From positions 32,344 through 96,343 of the forward strand of contig JAJPIG010000006.1 in NCBI GenBank assembly GCA_021324855.1: a stretch of DNA of 64,000 nt, written 5' to 3'. Under the pieces are notes generated by a model. That model saw nothing but the letters and a program-made list of their open reading frames with translations, searched no databases and was not told the DNA's origin. A program made the translations under genes and the position numbers. This stretch comes from Pseudomonadota bacterium. Lineage in GTDB: Bacteria > Desulfobacterota > Binatia > Binatales > Binataceae. Within the stretch, counting starts at the first letter, position 1, and the number at the start of each line of letters is the position of its first letter. Of this stretch, positions 8,919 through 19,022 are shown piece by piece.

Positions 8919-10019
8919 ATGGAGCTCGGACTCTTCCTGATGCCCTCACATCCGCCGGAACGTGATTTCAGGACCGGCCAGGAATGGGACCTCGCGATGC
9001 TGCGGATGGCCGATGAGCTTGGCTATGCCGAGGCGTGGATCGGCGAGCATTTCACCGCGCCATGGGAACCCAACCCTGCCCCCGACGTGCTGATTGCACA
9101 GGCGCTGATGCAGACCAAGCGCATCAAGCTCGCCCCCGGTGCTCATCTGCTGCCCTATCATCATCCGGCTGAGCTCGCCTGTCGCGCCGCTTTTATGGAC
9201 CATCTGGCCCAGGGCCGTTACATGTTCGGCGTTGGCGCGGGCGGCCTGCCGAGCGATTGGAAACTATTCTGCGTCGATGGATGGGCCGGACAAAATCGCG
9301 ACATGACGCGCGAGTCGCTCGACATCATTTTGAAAATTTGGGAGTCCAACGGCGGACTCGAATACCAGGGCAAATACTGGAGCGTGAACGTGCCCAATCC
9401 GATGATGCGCAACTTCCGGCATCACGTGAAGCCGTTTCAGAAACCGCATCCTCCCATCGGCATCGCGGGCATCAGCCCCGGCTCTGAGACGCTCAAGCTC
9501 GCGGGCGAGCGCGGCTTCATCCCGATGAGTCTCAACCTGAGCGCGCGCTATGCGGCGACGCATTGGGAGGCGGTGATGGAAGGTGCGGCGCGGACCGGAC
9601 GCACGCCCGCGCGGCGCGACTGGCGGATGGTCCGCGAGACGCTGGTCGCCGATACCGACGAGGAGGCCTACGAAGCCTGCGTGCGCGGCCCGATCGGCCG
9701 GATGATGCGCCAGTACCTGCTACCGCTGATGGGCGACGTCGGGATCATCCAATATCTCAAGGATGATGAAAGCGTGCCGAACGATCGGATCACCCCCGAG
9801 TACCTGTTTGATCATGGATGGCTGGTCGGATCAGTCGCCACGGTCAGCCAAAAGCTCGAGCGGATGTATCAGCAGGTCGGCGGCTTCGGCACGCTGCTCT
9901 TGCTCGGTTTCGATTACGCGGATAATCCGGAGCCTTGGTTCAAGTCGATGCGCCTGATGGCGACGGAAGTGATTCCGCGTTTCATGAACTCGGGCGCCGA
10001 GAAATCTATCGCCGCGTGA
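8919..10019 (+). CDS. LLM-class (luciferase-like) flavin/F420-dependent oxidoreductase
   Basis: ATG after GCAGGAGG RBS; MELGLFLMP... TIM-barrel LLM N-terminus and overall pattern. Confidence 0.8.
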   Translation: MELGLFLMPSHPPERDFRTGQEWDLAMLRMADELGYAEAWIGEHFTAPWEPNPAPDVLIAQALMQTKRIKLAPGAHLLPYHHPAELACRAAFMDHLAQGRYMFGVGAGGLPSDWKLFCVDGWAGQNRDMTRESLDIILKIWESNGGLEYQGKYWSVNVPNPMMRNFRHHVKPFQKPHPPIGIAGISPGSETLKLAGERGFIPMSLNLSARYAATHWEAVMEGAARTGRTPARRDWRMVRETLVADTDEEAYEACVRGPIGRMMRQYLLPLMGDVGIIQYLKDDESVPNDRITPEYLFDHGWLVGSVATVSQKLERMYQQVGGFGTLLLLGFDYADNPEPWFKSMRLMATEVIPRFMNSGAEKSIAA

Positions 10020-10121
10020 TTCGGCAATCGCGCCTCCACGCAGATTTCGCGGCGCGAGCGCTTGCCAAGCGCGTGCGAATATCGCTTGAATGAGGGACCC
10101 CAAGGAGGGTGCAGGGTAAAC

Positions 10122-10586
10122 ATGCCGTATCCATTTCGAGTCATTTTGAGTCCGTTGCAATTCGACGAGCATTCGGTGGCGGCGATGACGCTGGCCAAGG
10201 AGATGGCTGAGGCGAGCGGCGCGACCATTTACCTGCTTCACGTCGTGCCGATCCTGCCCGCGCTCGGCGAGGCGTCCATCACTGAGCACGTTGACAGTGT
10301 CGAAGAGCAGAAGGCGAACGCGATGCTCGAGGAGCTCGCGGACAAGTATCTCAAGGGCATCAAGCACGAGCGTATTGTCCGCGGCGCATTTCCCTCGGAG
10401 ACCGCGCACGCCGTCATTGAGGTCGCCAAGGAAATCAAGGCGGACTTGATCGTGATGGCGACGCATGGGCGCACCGGCCTGCCGCATTTCTTCATGGGCA
10501 GCGTGACCGAGGGGGTGATGCGCGGGGCGCCGTGTCCGGTGCTGACTATCAAGCCCGAGCATCTCGCTGGCCGCGTTCAGAAGTAG
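10122..10586 (+). CDS. universal stress protein (UspA family)
   Basis: AAGGAGGG RBS; ~155 aa; ...LIVMATHGRTGL...GSVTEGVMRGAPCPVL C-terminal Usp motif. Confidence 0.8.
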   Translation: MPYPFRVILSPLQFDEHSVAAMTLAKEMAEASGATIYLLHVVPILPALGEASITEHVDSVEEQKANAMLEELADKYLKGIKHERIVRGAFPSETAHAVIEVAKEIKADLIVMATHGRTGLPHFFMGSVTEGVMRGAPCPVLTIKPEHLAGRVQK

Positions 10587-10606
10587 CTATCGGGCGGCTT
10601 GGGGAG

Positions 10607-11617
10607 TCAGTCGATAATCGCGAGATCGTAAGCGGGCGGCAGTTTGTCGGCGATCGCCGAGACGTGTTCGCCCGCGCCGTCCGAACGAATCACCCCGCCG
10701 CCATTCAACACGCCGAAGAAATCGCCAGGGCTCAGGGGATCTTCGCGCAGCCGCATCACCATCGAGCGCATCCCGCCGCCCTCGGCTTCGATCATCCGGA
10801 AGCTTCGTCCATAATCGTCGCTGCGAAAAAATCGCGCGTCAGCGCCCGACGGCCGCGACCAACTTGGCGGCGGTCCTGCGGCGGCAGCGGTATAGATCGC
10901 GCGGTGGCCGTCGCCTTCGACGAGCAGCGGCACGGTATAAGTGCGATTCAGCCCGGCAGTGATATGCCGCCACGATCCGCCCGCATCCTGCGAGAGATAA
11001 AAGCCATCACCCGTCGTCGCATAGAGGCGGCGCGAATCGGCCGGATCGACGACGACCGTATGAATGTCGGTGTAGATGCCGCGGTTGAGCGGTTCGAAGC
11101 TCTCACCGAGATCGCGCGAACGGTAAACGCCACCCTCCTCAACGCCGATGTACATCGTGGAGCTGCGGTTGGGATCGAACGAAATCGATCGGATATGCGG
11201 AATGTGCGGCGGCGGCGGAAACGACCATCGATCGCGTCCGGGAACCTTGTTGAATGCCGTGCACTCGCGAAATTTTCGTCCCTGATCGCTGCTGCGAAAG
11301 AGTCGCGCGTGCGATGTGCCGACGAAAATCTCGCCGGGAATTGGCGGCGCGCCCAAGGCCCATACATCTTCGTCTGTGCCGAGGTTGGGCGTGATGTCAG
11401 TCCAGTTGCGGCCGCCGTCGCGCGAACGCGCAAGCGCGCCGCGTCCGCGCCCCGACGCCATGAAGCCGTTCGCGCCGGCGTAGATGACGTTGGGATCGCC
11501 CGTATCCTGCGCCATGCACCAGATCGCCGACGGCTCCGCCAGCGCCATCAGTGGCGCACCGGCGCGCGCGGGATCGAGAATCACAACGCCCTTCGTGGTG
11601 CCGACGCAGAGTTTCAT
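10607..11617 (-). CDS. BNR/sialidase-like beta-propeller protein (Ycf48/xyloglucanase-like)
   Basis: Repeated S-x-D-x-G-x-S/T-W/F BNR motifs (SRDGGRNWTD, SSDQGRKF, SQDAGGSWRH, SDDYGRSF). Confidence 0.65.
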   Translation of the reverse strand: MKLCVGTTKGVVILDPARAGAPLMALAEPSAIWCMAQDTGDPNVIYAGANGFMASGRGRGALARSRDGGRNWTDITPNLGTDEDVWALGAPPIPGEIFVGTSHARLFRSSDQGRKFRECTAFNKVPGRDRWSFPPPPHIPHIRSISFDPNRSSTMYIGVEEGGVYRSRDLGESFEPLNRGIYTDIHTVVVDPADSRRLYATTGDGFYLSQDAGGSWRHITAGLNRTYTVPLLVEGDGHRAIYTAAAAGPPPSWSRPSGADARFFRSDDYGRSFRMIEAEGGGMRSMVMRLREDPLSPGDFFGVLNGGGVIRSDGAGEHVSAIADKLPPAYDLAIID

Positions 11618-11728
11618 ATTATCCCCTCCCCACGTCCCAATCGTTCGGCAGCGGAAGCTGGTCAACCCGGTAGCAGGTGAAACCGAATCTACTCCAAAGT
11701 CGGCACGACAGAAACGGGGTGTCGAGCG

Positions 11729-12646
11729 TCAGCTCAGTCGCATACCGGGGCTTAAGCCTTCGGCTGCGAGTTCGGCGGGGGGAGCCTTGCGCGTTGTGTC
11801 GACGAACCGCGCGCGCTTTACGAGCATCGTTGCGCCGTTGAGAGCGATTTTCATCCCGTTCCCGTCGATCGCGACGATCATTCCCGCCTCTGCCCCCGGA
11901 ACCGGTTCAGCGAGGCGCGCATCATAGAGCGCGATCCGCCGCGCGCCGAGCGCGGCATGCGCGCCGGGTTGCGGATCACATCCGCGCACCAAATTATAAA
12001 CTTCGCGGGCGGAGCGGGAGAAATCGATTTTCGCATGTTCGGCGCGGCATGGCGGCTCGTAGCTCGCAAGGCTTTCGTCCTGCGCGATCGCGGGCGCACG
12101 TCCGCTCTTGATAAGGTCGATCGCTTCGGAGAGCGTCTCGATGCCGAGCGGAAAAATGCGGTTGAAGTAGAGCGAGCCAGTGGAATCGTCGGGGCCGATT
12201 GGCACCGCGCGTTGAATCAGGATGGGGCCGGTGTCGATGCCGCGATCGGGCCAGAACCAAGTGACGCCGGTCTCGGCATCCCCGTTAATAATCGCCCAGT
12301 TGATCGCGCTTGCTCCGCGCCGCTTCGGCAGAAGCGAGGGATGAAAGCAGATCGACTTAAAACGCGGCGCGTAGAGCAGCCGTTCGGGCACGATGATCGT
12401 CACGAAGGCGAGCACCGCCAGGTCGGCATCGAGTCCGACGAAATGCCGATACGCCTCATCGCCCTTGAACGACCGCGGCTGGCTCACCGGGAGTCCAAGC
12501 TCGCGGGCCTTGACCGTCAGCGGGTCGGGACGGCCCGAAGGCGCGTCGGGCGGCGCGAAGACATGGACGACCTGCTCGCCGCGGCTATGGAGCATCTCCA
12601 GGGCTTTTTCGGCAAACGCGGCCTGTCCAATCAGCGCGATTCGCAA
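11729..12646 (-). CDS. formyltransferase family protein (Fmt-like, N and C domains)
   Basis: MRIALIGQAAFAEKALEML start, HPSLLPKRRG and SLYFNRI motifs typical of methionyl-tRNA/sugar formyltransferases; not adjacent to def. Confidence 0.7.
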   Translation of the reverse strand: MRIALIGQAAFAEKALEMLHSRGEQVVHVFAPPDAPSGRPDPLTVKARELGLPVSQPRSFKGDEAYRHFVGLDADLAVLAFVTIIVPERLLYAPRFKSICFHPSLLPKRRGASAINWAIINGDAETGVTWFWPDRGIDTGPILIQRAVPIGPDDSTGSLYFNRIFPLGIETLSEAIDLIKSGRAPAIAQDESLASYEPPCRAEHAKIDFSRSAREVYNLVRGCDPQPGAHAALGARRIALYDARLAEPVPGAEAGMIVAIDGNGMKIALNGATMLVKRARFVDTTRKAPPAELAAEGLSPGMRLS

Positions 12647-12935
12647 GCGTCACCTCCGAATCGTCATGACGCTAGCAAATCAGGTCATCGCGCGCATCCG
12701 GGACTGCCGCTAGCCCGGCGCGCACAGGGATGTTCTAATATCGCTCGCCCGTGGAGGCTTCGAGCCGACCTTGCCACAGACATTTCAACGGCGCGTAACA
12801 GTTGCTCAATCTTTCCAAGCTGAAATCGAATGCCGGATGTGACAGCCTGTGTCCGCCGCGGCGCCTAATTGGGTAACGGTGAGACATGATGAGTAATCCT
12901 GTGTGCGCGATCGCCGGGAGAAGTTACAACGCTAC

Positions 12936-14753
12936 ATGAAACTTAACCGCTTCATACCACTGATCCTGCTGGTGATTGTTGCCGCCTCTACTTCATCGGC
13001 GTCTGCGGCGCTGACCGCGCACGCCAGGGGACGCATCTTCGTCCTGATGGTCTGGGACGGGCTGCGTTACGATCTGGTCAACCAGCACGACACGCCGAAT
13101 CTTTACGCGCTTGAACACGAAGGCGTCAGCTTTCCCGACCATCACGCGATCTTCCCGACGGTGACGATGGCGAACGCGGCTGCGATCGCGACCGGATATA
13201 CGCCGGGTGGTTCCGGCATTTTCGGTGACGGATTTTACGTGCCTTCGGCGATCGCCGCACTGGGCCCCAAAGCGCCGGCGAAAGCGATGGTGAAGGGAAT
13301 CAATCTGGAGAATACCCCCGTTATGATCAGCCTCAACCAGCCGGCTATTCTCGATGGCACGCTGGTCGAGGCAATGGGCATCGGCCAGCGGGTAAGGCTT
13401 GCGCACGGTTACGTTGCGGTCTCAGGGAAGTCCGGTCCGACGTTCATGTTCGACAGCAATGATTTCACGGCCGCCGGCGGCAGGAATTCGAACTGCAACC
13501 TGATCGTCGACGATCTGGCGCTTGGGCCTGCGCAGCTCAAAACGTTCGGTCCCCCGCCGCCGAAAACCGCACCCGGACTTTTCTATGGCGCGCGCGATGC
13601 CTGGTACACCGACGCGCTGATCGACCAGCTTCCGTCCGCGATTGCCGCAAGCAATCGCGGTCATCCGGCGTTGCTGGTGCTATGGGAGCGCAATCCCGAC
13701 TGCACGCAGCATCGCGATGGTCTCGGCACCGAGGAAGCGCTTGAAGCGCTGAGCCGCGACGATCAGAACCTCGGTCGCCTGCGCATCGCGATCAACACAA
13801 GGCATATTGCCGATCGGACCGACCTGATGGTGGTGTCCGATCACGGGTTCGTCACGCTGCGGGATGCGCTCTGGGTGTCCGATCTGCTGGTTGCCGCAGG
13901 CCTCAAGAAATCGCGCGAGAGCACCGATGTGGTTGCGGTCGGCGATCAGGGAAGCGAGTTGATCTATCTTTCGAAAACGGCCTTTCCGTCGCTTGCCGCG
14001 CGCAAGGAGCGCTTGCAGAAGATTGTCAATTTTGTTTCCGCACAGCCCTGGTCCGGACCTATCTTTTCCCGCGACGAGGAACCCCGCTTCGCGGCGCACG
14101 GCGTGGAAGGTTGGATTGCAGGAACTTTCGACGATCGCGTGGTCGGGTTAAACGGTTCGCGCAGAGCGCCCGACCTGATCATTTCGATGCGCGAGAACTC
14201 CGACGAGAGCAACTCATCGCTGACCGGACCGGACCAGCCCGCGTTTTTGATCGGTCCGAAAGGTCGCATGCCGGCGAAGAATCATTCCGATGCCCTGGTG
14301 CGCCCGATTATTGGAACGATAGACGCCGACGCATCGGATAAGTTCACCACCGGCATGGGCGCACACGGCGCGATTGGCCGGCGTGAGATTCATAACTTTT
14401 GCGCGGCGGTGGGCCCTGATTTCCGCCGCCATTTCGTCGATCCCTATCCGACCGGCAACACCGATGTCGCACCGACCATCGCACACGTTCTCGGCTTGCG
14501 CCCGCCGCACACGGTTAACTCGTCGGGCTGGGCAGGACGCGTGATGAGCGAGGCGCTGGTGCGCGGCAGCCATCATCACACGTTGGCGAAGCCGATGACA
14601 ATAGTCGAGCGTCGCGATTTGCCGCCGTTCAGCATCGAGACGCGGCTGCTGTTCACCAGTTTCGACGGTCATCGTTATCTCGACGACGCCCGGATTGAAC
14701 GCCATCCGCTGCCCGATTTACAACCGATCAAATCTTCCGCGCCTTCACCATAA
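12936..14753 (+). CDS. alkaline-phosphatase superfamily protein (type I phosphodiesterase / nucleotide pyrophosphatase-like)
   Basis: Signal peptide; VLMVWDGLRYD...FPTVTMANAAAIATGYTP metal-site motifs of the NPP/AlkP family. Confidence 0.7.
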   Translation: MKLNRFIPLILLVIVAASTSSASAALTAHARGRIFVLMVWDGLRYDLVNQHDTPNLYALEHEGVSFPDHHAIFPTVTMANAAAIATGYTPGGSGIFGDGFYVPSAIAALGPKAPAKAMVKGINLENTPVMISLNQPAILDGTLVEAMGIGQRVRLAHGYVAVSGKSGPTFMFDSNDFTAAGGRNSNCNLIVDDLALGPAQLKTFGPPPPKTAPGLFYGARDAWYTDALIDQLPSAIAASNRGHPALLVLWERNPDCTQHRDGLGTEEALEALSRDDQNLGRLRIAINTRHIADRTDLMVVSDHGFVTLRDALWVSDLLVAAGLKKSRESTDVVAVGDQGSELIYLSKTAFPSLAARKERLQKIVNFVSAQPWSGPIFSRDEEPRFAAHGVEGWIAGTFDDRVVGLNGSRRAPDLIISMRENSDESNSSLTGPDQPAFLIGPKGRMPAKNHSDALVRPIIGTIDADASDKFTTGMGAHGAIGRREIHNFCAAVGPDFRRHFVDPYPTGNTDVAPTIAHVLGLRPPHTVNSSGWAGRVMSEALVRGSHHHTLAKPMTIVERRDLPPFSIETRLLFTSFDGHRYLDDARIERHPLPDLQPIKSSAPSP

Positions 14754-15291
14754 TCGACTTCCAGAGCCACGGGACGCGGCCCCTTCCGCGCCATTCGATC
14801 GGTTCGAAGCCCGCTTCGCGGAGCGCAATAGTGAGCGTGCGGCGCGACCAGAATTTGATATGGCCGCCCTCGACGAGCGCATCGTGATGAAAATCCCAAT
14901 CACCAGCTAGGCTGATGGCCACGTTCTTAAGCCAGCCATGGTAGGGTGTGCTTAGAATCAGCGTCGCACCGGGAGCCATCACCGCGCTGAGATTTCGCAG
15001 CGCCGTCCGCGGACGGTAGAGATGCTCGATAACTTCGATCGAGATGACGGCATCGAAGCGCACGCGATCGTTGAGCGGCAATAATTCCAACGAGCCGGCA
15101 ATGAGATCCCATCCTGGATTGGTTTTGGACCTGATTACCGACTGATCGAAATCTCGAGTCGGAAAGTCGATCCCGGTCACTCGGTAGCCCAGCGCGGCCA
15201 TTCGTGAGGCGAGCTGACCCTGGCCGCATCCAGCATCGAGCACGGCGCAAGGCGCGGCGGGCAACCATCGCGCCACGATTGGCCAAATCAT
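14728..15291 (-). CDS. class I SAM-dependent methyltransferase
   Basis: VLDAGCGQGQL motif I; start set at MIWPIV, since the longer ORF-track version runs into the upstream membrane-protein gene. Confidence 0.75.
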   Translation of the reverse strand: MIWPIVARWLPAAPCAVLDAGCGQGQLASRMAALGYRVTGIDFPTRDFDQSVIRSKTNPGWDLIAGSLELLPLNDRVRFDAVISIEVIEHLYRPRTALRNLSAVMAPGATLILSTPYHGWLKNVAISLAGDWDFHHDALVEGGHIKFWSRRTLTIALREAGFEPIEWRGRGRVPWLWKSIMVKARKI

Positions 15292-15311
15292 CGGATGATG
15301 TTGACGTTCGT

Positions 15312-16667
15312 TCACGAGCGAGGTTCTCCGGTCATCAGAAGCGCATTTATCGGCGCCGGCGTGCTCGCAGCGGTTGCTGCGGCGTCGATGCCGTAACTCG
15401 CGGCCATTGCAAAAGCCGTCAGATTGACGAGCGAGATCGCCAACTTCGCGCGATCTCCCAAAATCAGGTGGCCTTCGACCAGCCCGCGCACATAAGTGAG
15501 ATCGAGGAACACGTAGGCCATGTTCAGCATCAGGGTTATGCTCAGCAAGACGTAAAGCGCCGGCAGCGTTCGCGACCGGAACATCACAGGCGCCAGCAGC
15601 GCCACCGCATAGTAAAGATAACGCTCGTGCATCCGCGGCGCGAAAACGAACATTCCGAAGTAGACCATAAAGACTGCGAAGACGAGACCCCAGGCGTCGC
15701 GTTTCCAAAGCGTGATCCATCCGGCGAGCACGTATGTCGCGCCAAACAGAACGTTGCCAAGCAGAAAATACGATACCGGTCCAAACAGCCGGTCGCTGTC
15801 CATCCTGATAAGCCCGCCCAGCGCGAGCATCAGGTTGAACGCGTTGACCGACGCCCACGGAAAAAAGCCGAGCGAGCTGCTGAAAACGTCGTAGATGAAT
15901 CGCCACGGATGTCCGACCTGAAACGGCGCGATCACGACGATCGCTGCGATGACCGCTCCCAGAGCGCTTTTGAGCCATTCCCGAAATCGCGCATCGATTA
16001 GCGTCCACCACGCGAGAATCGGCAGCAGCATGAGGCCCTGCGCCTTGATCAGCGCCGCAACGATCGCGATCGCCCACGCCAGCGCGTACCGCGACTGAAG
16101 CGCCATCACGAGGCTCAGCATCACCGGAAACGCAATCGCCGAATCGTTCTGGCCCCAGAACGTGCTCGTGTAGGCGAGGGTGGGATTCAAAGCCACCATC
16201 AGACTGGCCGGCAGCGCGAAACGATTACCGCTTGCGAGCCGAGCAGCAGCATAGACCGTGATCGCGAGCAGAAAATCCGCTATGACCGCGGGGCTCTCGA
16301 TGAAAATCCGCAGGTATTCGGGCCGGTCCGGCGCGAACGCCGCCGCCGGCCACAGCGCGTACAGATAGGCCGGCGTGTAGCGGCAGACGAATTGGGGCGC
16401 ATAGACATATGCCGGCCCGAACTGCGCCATCGCACGGCCCCAAGTCACGAACTGCATAATATCGACGGTAACGCCCGAAAGGCGCCGCAGCGAGACAAGC
16501 TTGACGATCGTGATCGCCGCCGCGATCGCCAGGGCCCACACGAAGCGCCGGTCGCGTTCACGGACCATCGGGGCGATCGCCAGCGCCATCGCGACCGCGA
16601 AAAGCGCGAGCAGCGCCAGTCCGCAAATCAAGCCGAGCGTGTAACTGAGATGATCGGCCGCGAGCAT
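15312..16667 (-). CDS. polytopic membrane protein, glycosyltransferase-like (GT87/DUF2029-type, tentative)
   Basis: 451 aa, more than 10 hydrophobic helices; lies upstream of the methyltransferase in the same orientation. Confidence 0.55.
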   Translation of the reverse strand: MLAADHLSYTLGLICGLALLALFAVAMALAIAPMVRERDRRFVWALAIAAAITIVKLVSLRRLSGVTVDIMQFVTWGRAMAQFGPAYVYAPQFVCRYTPAYLYALWPAAAFAPDRPEYLRIFIESPAVIADFLLAITVYAAARLASGNRFALPASLMVALNPTLAYTSTFWGQNDSAIAFPVMLSLVMALQSRYALAWAIAIVAALIKAQGLMLLPILAWWTLIDARFREWLKSALGAVIAAIVVIAPFQVGHPWRFIYDVFSSSLGFFPWASVNAFNLMLALGGLIRMDSDRLFGPVSYFLLGNVLFGATYVLAGWITLWKRDAWGLVFAVFMVYFGMFVFAPRMHERYLYYAVALLAPVMFRSRTLPALYVLLSITLMLNMAYVFLDLTYVRGLVEGHLILGDRAKLAISLVNLTAFAMAASYGIDAAATAASTPAPINALLMTGEPRS

Positions 16668-16823
16668 CGGACGAGACTAGTTCAACGGGCGTCCGTCGAT
16701 CCAATCTTTGGCGGCCGCCAAATCGCGCGGATCGGCCGCCGTGGAATTGCTATGGTTAACGCGAGCCGAAGTACGGTTCAGGGGGATTGTGGGCGCGACG
16801 ACGAGGACCAAGGGAGAGCTTCG

Positions 16824-18569
16824 ATGATCAAACGCTTCTTTCGCTGGATTCTGAGGCTGATCGTTCTTGCGATCGTGCTTTTCGTGATCGCGATCATAGT
16901 CGATTTTGTCAATCATCGCGTGAAGCCCAACTCGGTGCTGGTCGTCAAGCTCGACGGCCAGGTGGTCGAGCGCGAAACGGGTCTCGCCGGCTTTGTGAGC
17001 GAACAGGACACGCCGCTTAATCTCGTGCGCAAGGCGTTGACCCGCGGCGCCAAAGACCCGCGCATCAGCGGGCTCGCCGTCGAAGTGTTCGATCCGCAGA
17101 TGGAGCTCGCGCAGGCGCAGGAGATCTGCGCGATGATCCGAGACTTCGCCGCGCATGGCAAATGGACCGCCGCTTACCTTGAATCGGCGGGCGAGTCCGG
17201 ACCCGGCAATACGCCGTACCTTGTAGCAAGCGCAGCCGGCGAGCTCTCGATGATGCCCCAGGGCGAGCTCAACCTGATCGGCGTGAGTATCCGCGAGTTA
17301 TTCGCGCGCGGCACTCTCGATTGGATTGGCGTCGACCCGCAGATGTACGCCATCGGCAAGTACAAGACCGCCGCCAATGTCTTTACCGAGAAGGATTTCA
17401 CGCCGGCACAGCGCGAAGAGGACGAGGCGCTGGTCGGCGACATGTTCGATCAGATCGTGGAGCAGACCGCGCAACAACGGCGGCTGAAACCCGAGGTCGT
17501 GAAGACCATCGTCGACCAGGCGCCGCTCACCGCCGAGGAAGGGCTTCAGGACAAGCTCGTCGACCACCTCGAATATCACGATCAGTTCCGCGATCGCATT
17601 GAGCATCGCGGCGGCAAGGACCATCCGATCCTCAAGTATACCGATTACACGCGCGAGTACCTGATTCCGCCGCTCCGGCATAATCAAGCCCGCATCGCGG
17701 TGATCTACGGCGACGGCGCCATTGAACGCGGCGAGGGCGGTTTCGATCCGCTGCTGTCCCCGGGCGGCGAGGCGATGGGGTCGGACGAGATGATCAAGGC
17801 GTTTCGCGATGCGCGCGAGGACGACAGCGTGCGCGCGGTGATTTTCCGAATCAACTCGCCGGGCGGCTCGGTAGTCGGCTCCGAGCTGATTCGCCGCGCG
17901 GTCGAGCTTACCGCGAAAAAGAAGCCGGTGGTGGTGAGTATGTCGGGTTACGGCGCGTCAGGCGGCTACTGGGTGGCGACGCCCGCCAATCGGGTGATCG
18001 CGGAGCCGGGAACCATCACGGGATCGATCGGCGTCCTGGGCGGCAAGTTCAATATCTCGGGCGCAGCGACCAAGCTCGGCATCAACACCGGAGACGTCTC
18101 GCGCGGCGCAAATGTCACGATGTTCGACGCGTTCACCAATTTCACGCCGGCGCAGGCCAAAATCTTTCAGGATCAGATTCTCGGCAACACTTACAAGCAG
18201 TTCCTCAAAATCGTGGCCGCCCAGCGCCACATGACAGTCGAGCAGGTTGACGGGGTCGCGCAAGGACGCGTCTGGACCGGCGATCAGGCGCTCAAGAACA
18301 AGCTCATCGATGCGCTAGGCGGTTTCGATGTGGCGCTCGCAGAGGCGCGGCGCCTGGCGAAGCTCGGCCCCCAGCAGCCGATCGAGTTCGTCGAGTTGCC
18401 CGAACTTCCAAGCCTGCTGGATCGTCTTACCGGCGGCAGACAGACCACTTCTACGCTCCTGAGTCCGTCGATGATGCGCATGCTCGCGCCCGCGATCCGA
18501 ATTGCGCGGGCCGCGATGATCCGCGAAACGATCGGCCAAGTCTATTGTCCGCTCGTGCCAACCCTGTGA
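16824..18569 (+). CDS. sppA: signal peptide peptidase SppA (protease IV, 67K two-domain type)
   Basis: AAGGGAGAG RBS, N-terminal TM anchor (MIKRFFRWILRLIVLAIVLFVIAII), two ClpP-fold repeats; the ORF-track start at 16392 overlaps the opposite-strand gene and is rejected. Confidence 0.85.
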   Translation: MIKRFFRWILRLIVLAIVLFVIAIIVDFVNHRVKPNSVLVVKLDGQVVERETGLAGFVSEQDTPLNLVRKALTRGAKDPRISGLAVEVFDPQMELAQAQEICAMIRDFAAHGKWTAAYLESAGESGPGNTPYLVASAAGELSMMPQGELNLIGVSIRELFARGTLDWIGVDPQMYAIGKYKTAANVFTEKDFTPAQREEDEALVGDMFDQIVEQTAQQRRLKPEVVKTIVDQAPLTAEEGLQDKLVDHLEYHDQFRDRIEHRGGKDHPILKYTDYTREYLIPPLRHNQARIAVIYGDGAIERGEGGFDPLLSPGGEAMGSDEMIKAFRDAREDDSVRAVIFRINSPGGSVVGSELIRRAVELTAKKKPVVVSMSGYGASGGYWVATPANRVIAEPGTITGSIGVLGGKFNISGAATKLGINTGDVSRGANVTMFDAFTNFTPAQAKIFQDQILGNTYKQFLKIVAAQRHMTVEQVDGVAQGRVWTGDQALKNKLIDALGGFDVALAEARRLAKLGPQQPIEFVELPELPSLLDRLTGGRQTTSTLLSPSMMRMLAPAIRIARAAMIRETIGQVYCPLVPTL

Positions 18570-18594
18570 GCCTGCACAAAAAAAGGGAGCGACT

Positions 18595-19011
18595 ATGGAT
18601 TCGGAACTCGAAAATTTTCTTAATTTGATGGGCGAGGCAGAGCGGGCCGGCGGGCGCGTGCTGCACGAGCTGACCGCGCTCGCAAGTTCGGCTGAGCTCC
18701 GCGAGCTGCTCAAAAAGGTTGGCCACGATGAAGGCTACTATGCCGGGGAGCTGGCGGCGCACGTCCGCCGGCTTGGCGGTAACCCCTCAAATCGCACCGG
18801 CGATTTCGTCGACAAGGTACGCGCGCTGCCCGATTTGCGCGGCAAGCTCGAGCTTCTGAATCGCGGTCAGCGCTGGGTGATTCGGAAGATCAGCGAGCAG
18901 ACGCCGTCGATCACAGACGAGAGCTTACGCGCGTTTCTGATCGTGATGGCGCAGGGGCACGAGATGAACATCGGCGCGCTCGAAGCCGCCCTCGCCCGCG
19001 GCCTCCAGTAG
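18595..19011 (+). CDS. hypothetical protein, predicted helical (possibly ferritin-like four-helix bundle)
   Basis: AAGGGAG RBS; 138 aa; family assignment uncertain. Confidence 0.5.
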   Translation: MDSELENFLNLMGEAERAGGRVLHELTALASSAELRELLKKVGHDEGYYAGELAAHVRRLGGNPSNRTGDFVDKVRALPDLRGKLELLNRGQRWVIRKISEQTPSITDESLRAFLIVMAQGHEMNIGALEAALARGLQ

Positions 19012-19022
19012 CGTCGTTGATC

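Noticed and set aside
10532-12823. ORFs 10532..11680 +, 10948..11433 -, 11957..12823 + opposite the BNR and formyltransferase genes
   Set aside because: Arg-rich translations without motifs, embedded in well-supported genes on the other strand.
14728-16077. 449-aa version of the methyltransferase ORF
   Set aside because: The N-terminal 260 residues overlap the upstream membrane-protein gene in another frame and lack methyltransferase motifs; the true start is at MIWPIV (15291).
16392-16823. N-terminal 144-codon extension of sppA
   Set aside because: It overlaps the opposite-strand membrane-protein gene, is Arg/Asp-rich and lacks a TM region; the RBS-supported ATG at 16824 gives the canonical SppA membrane anchor.
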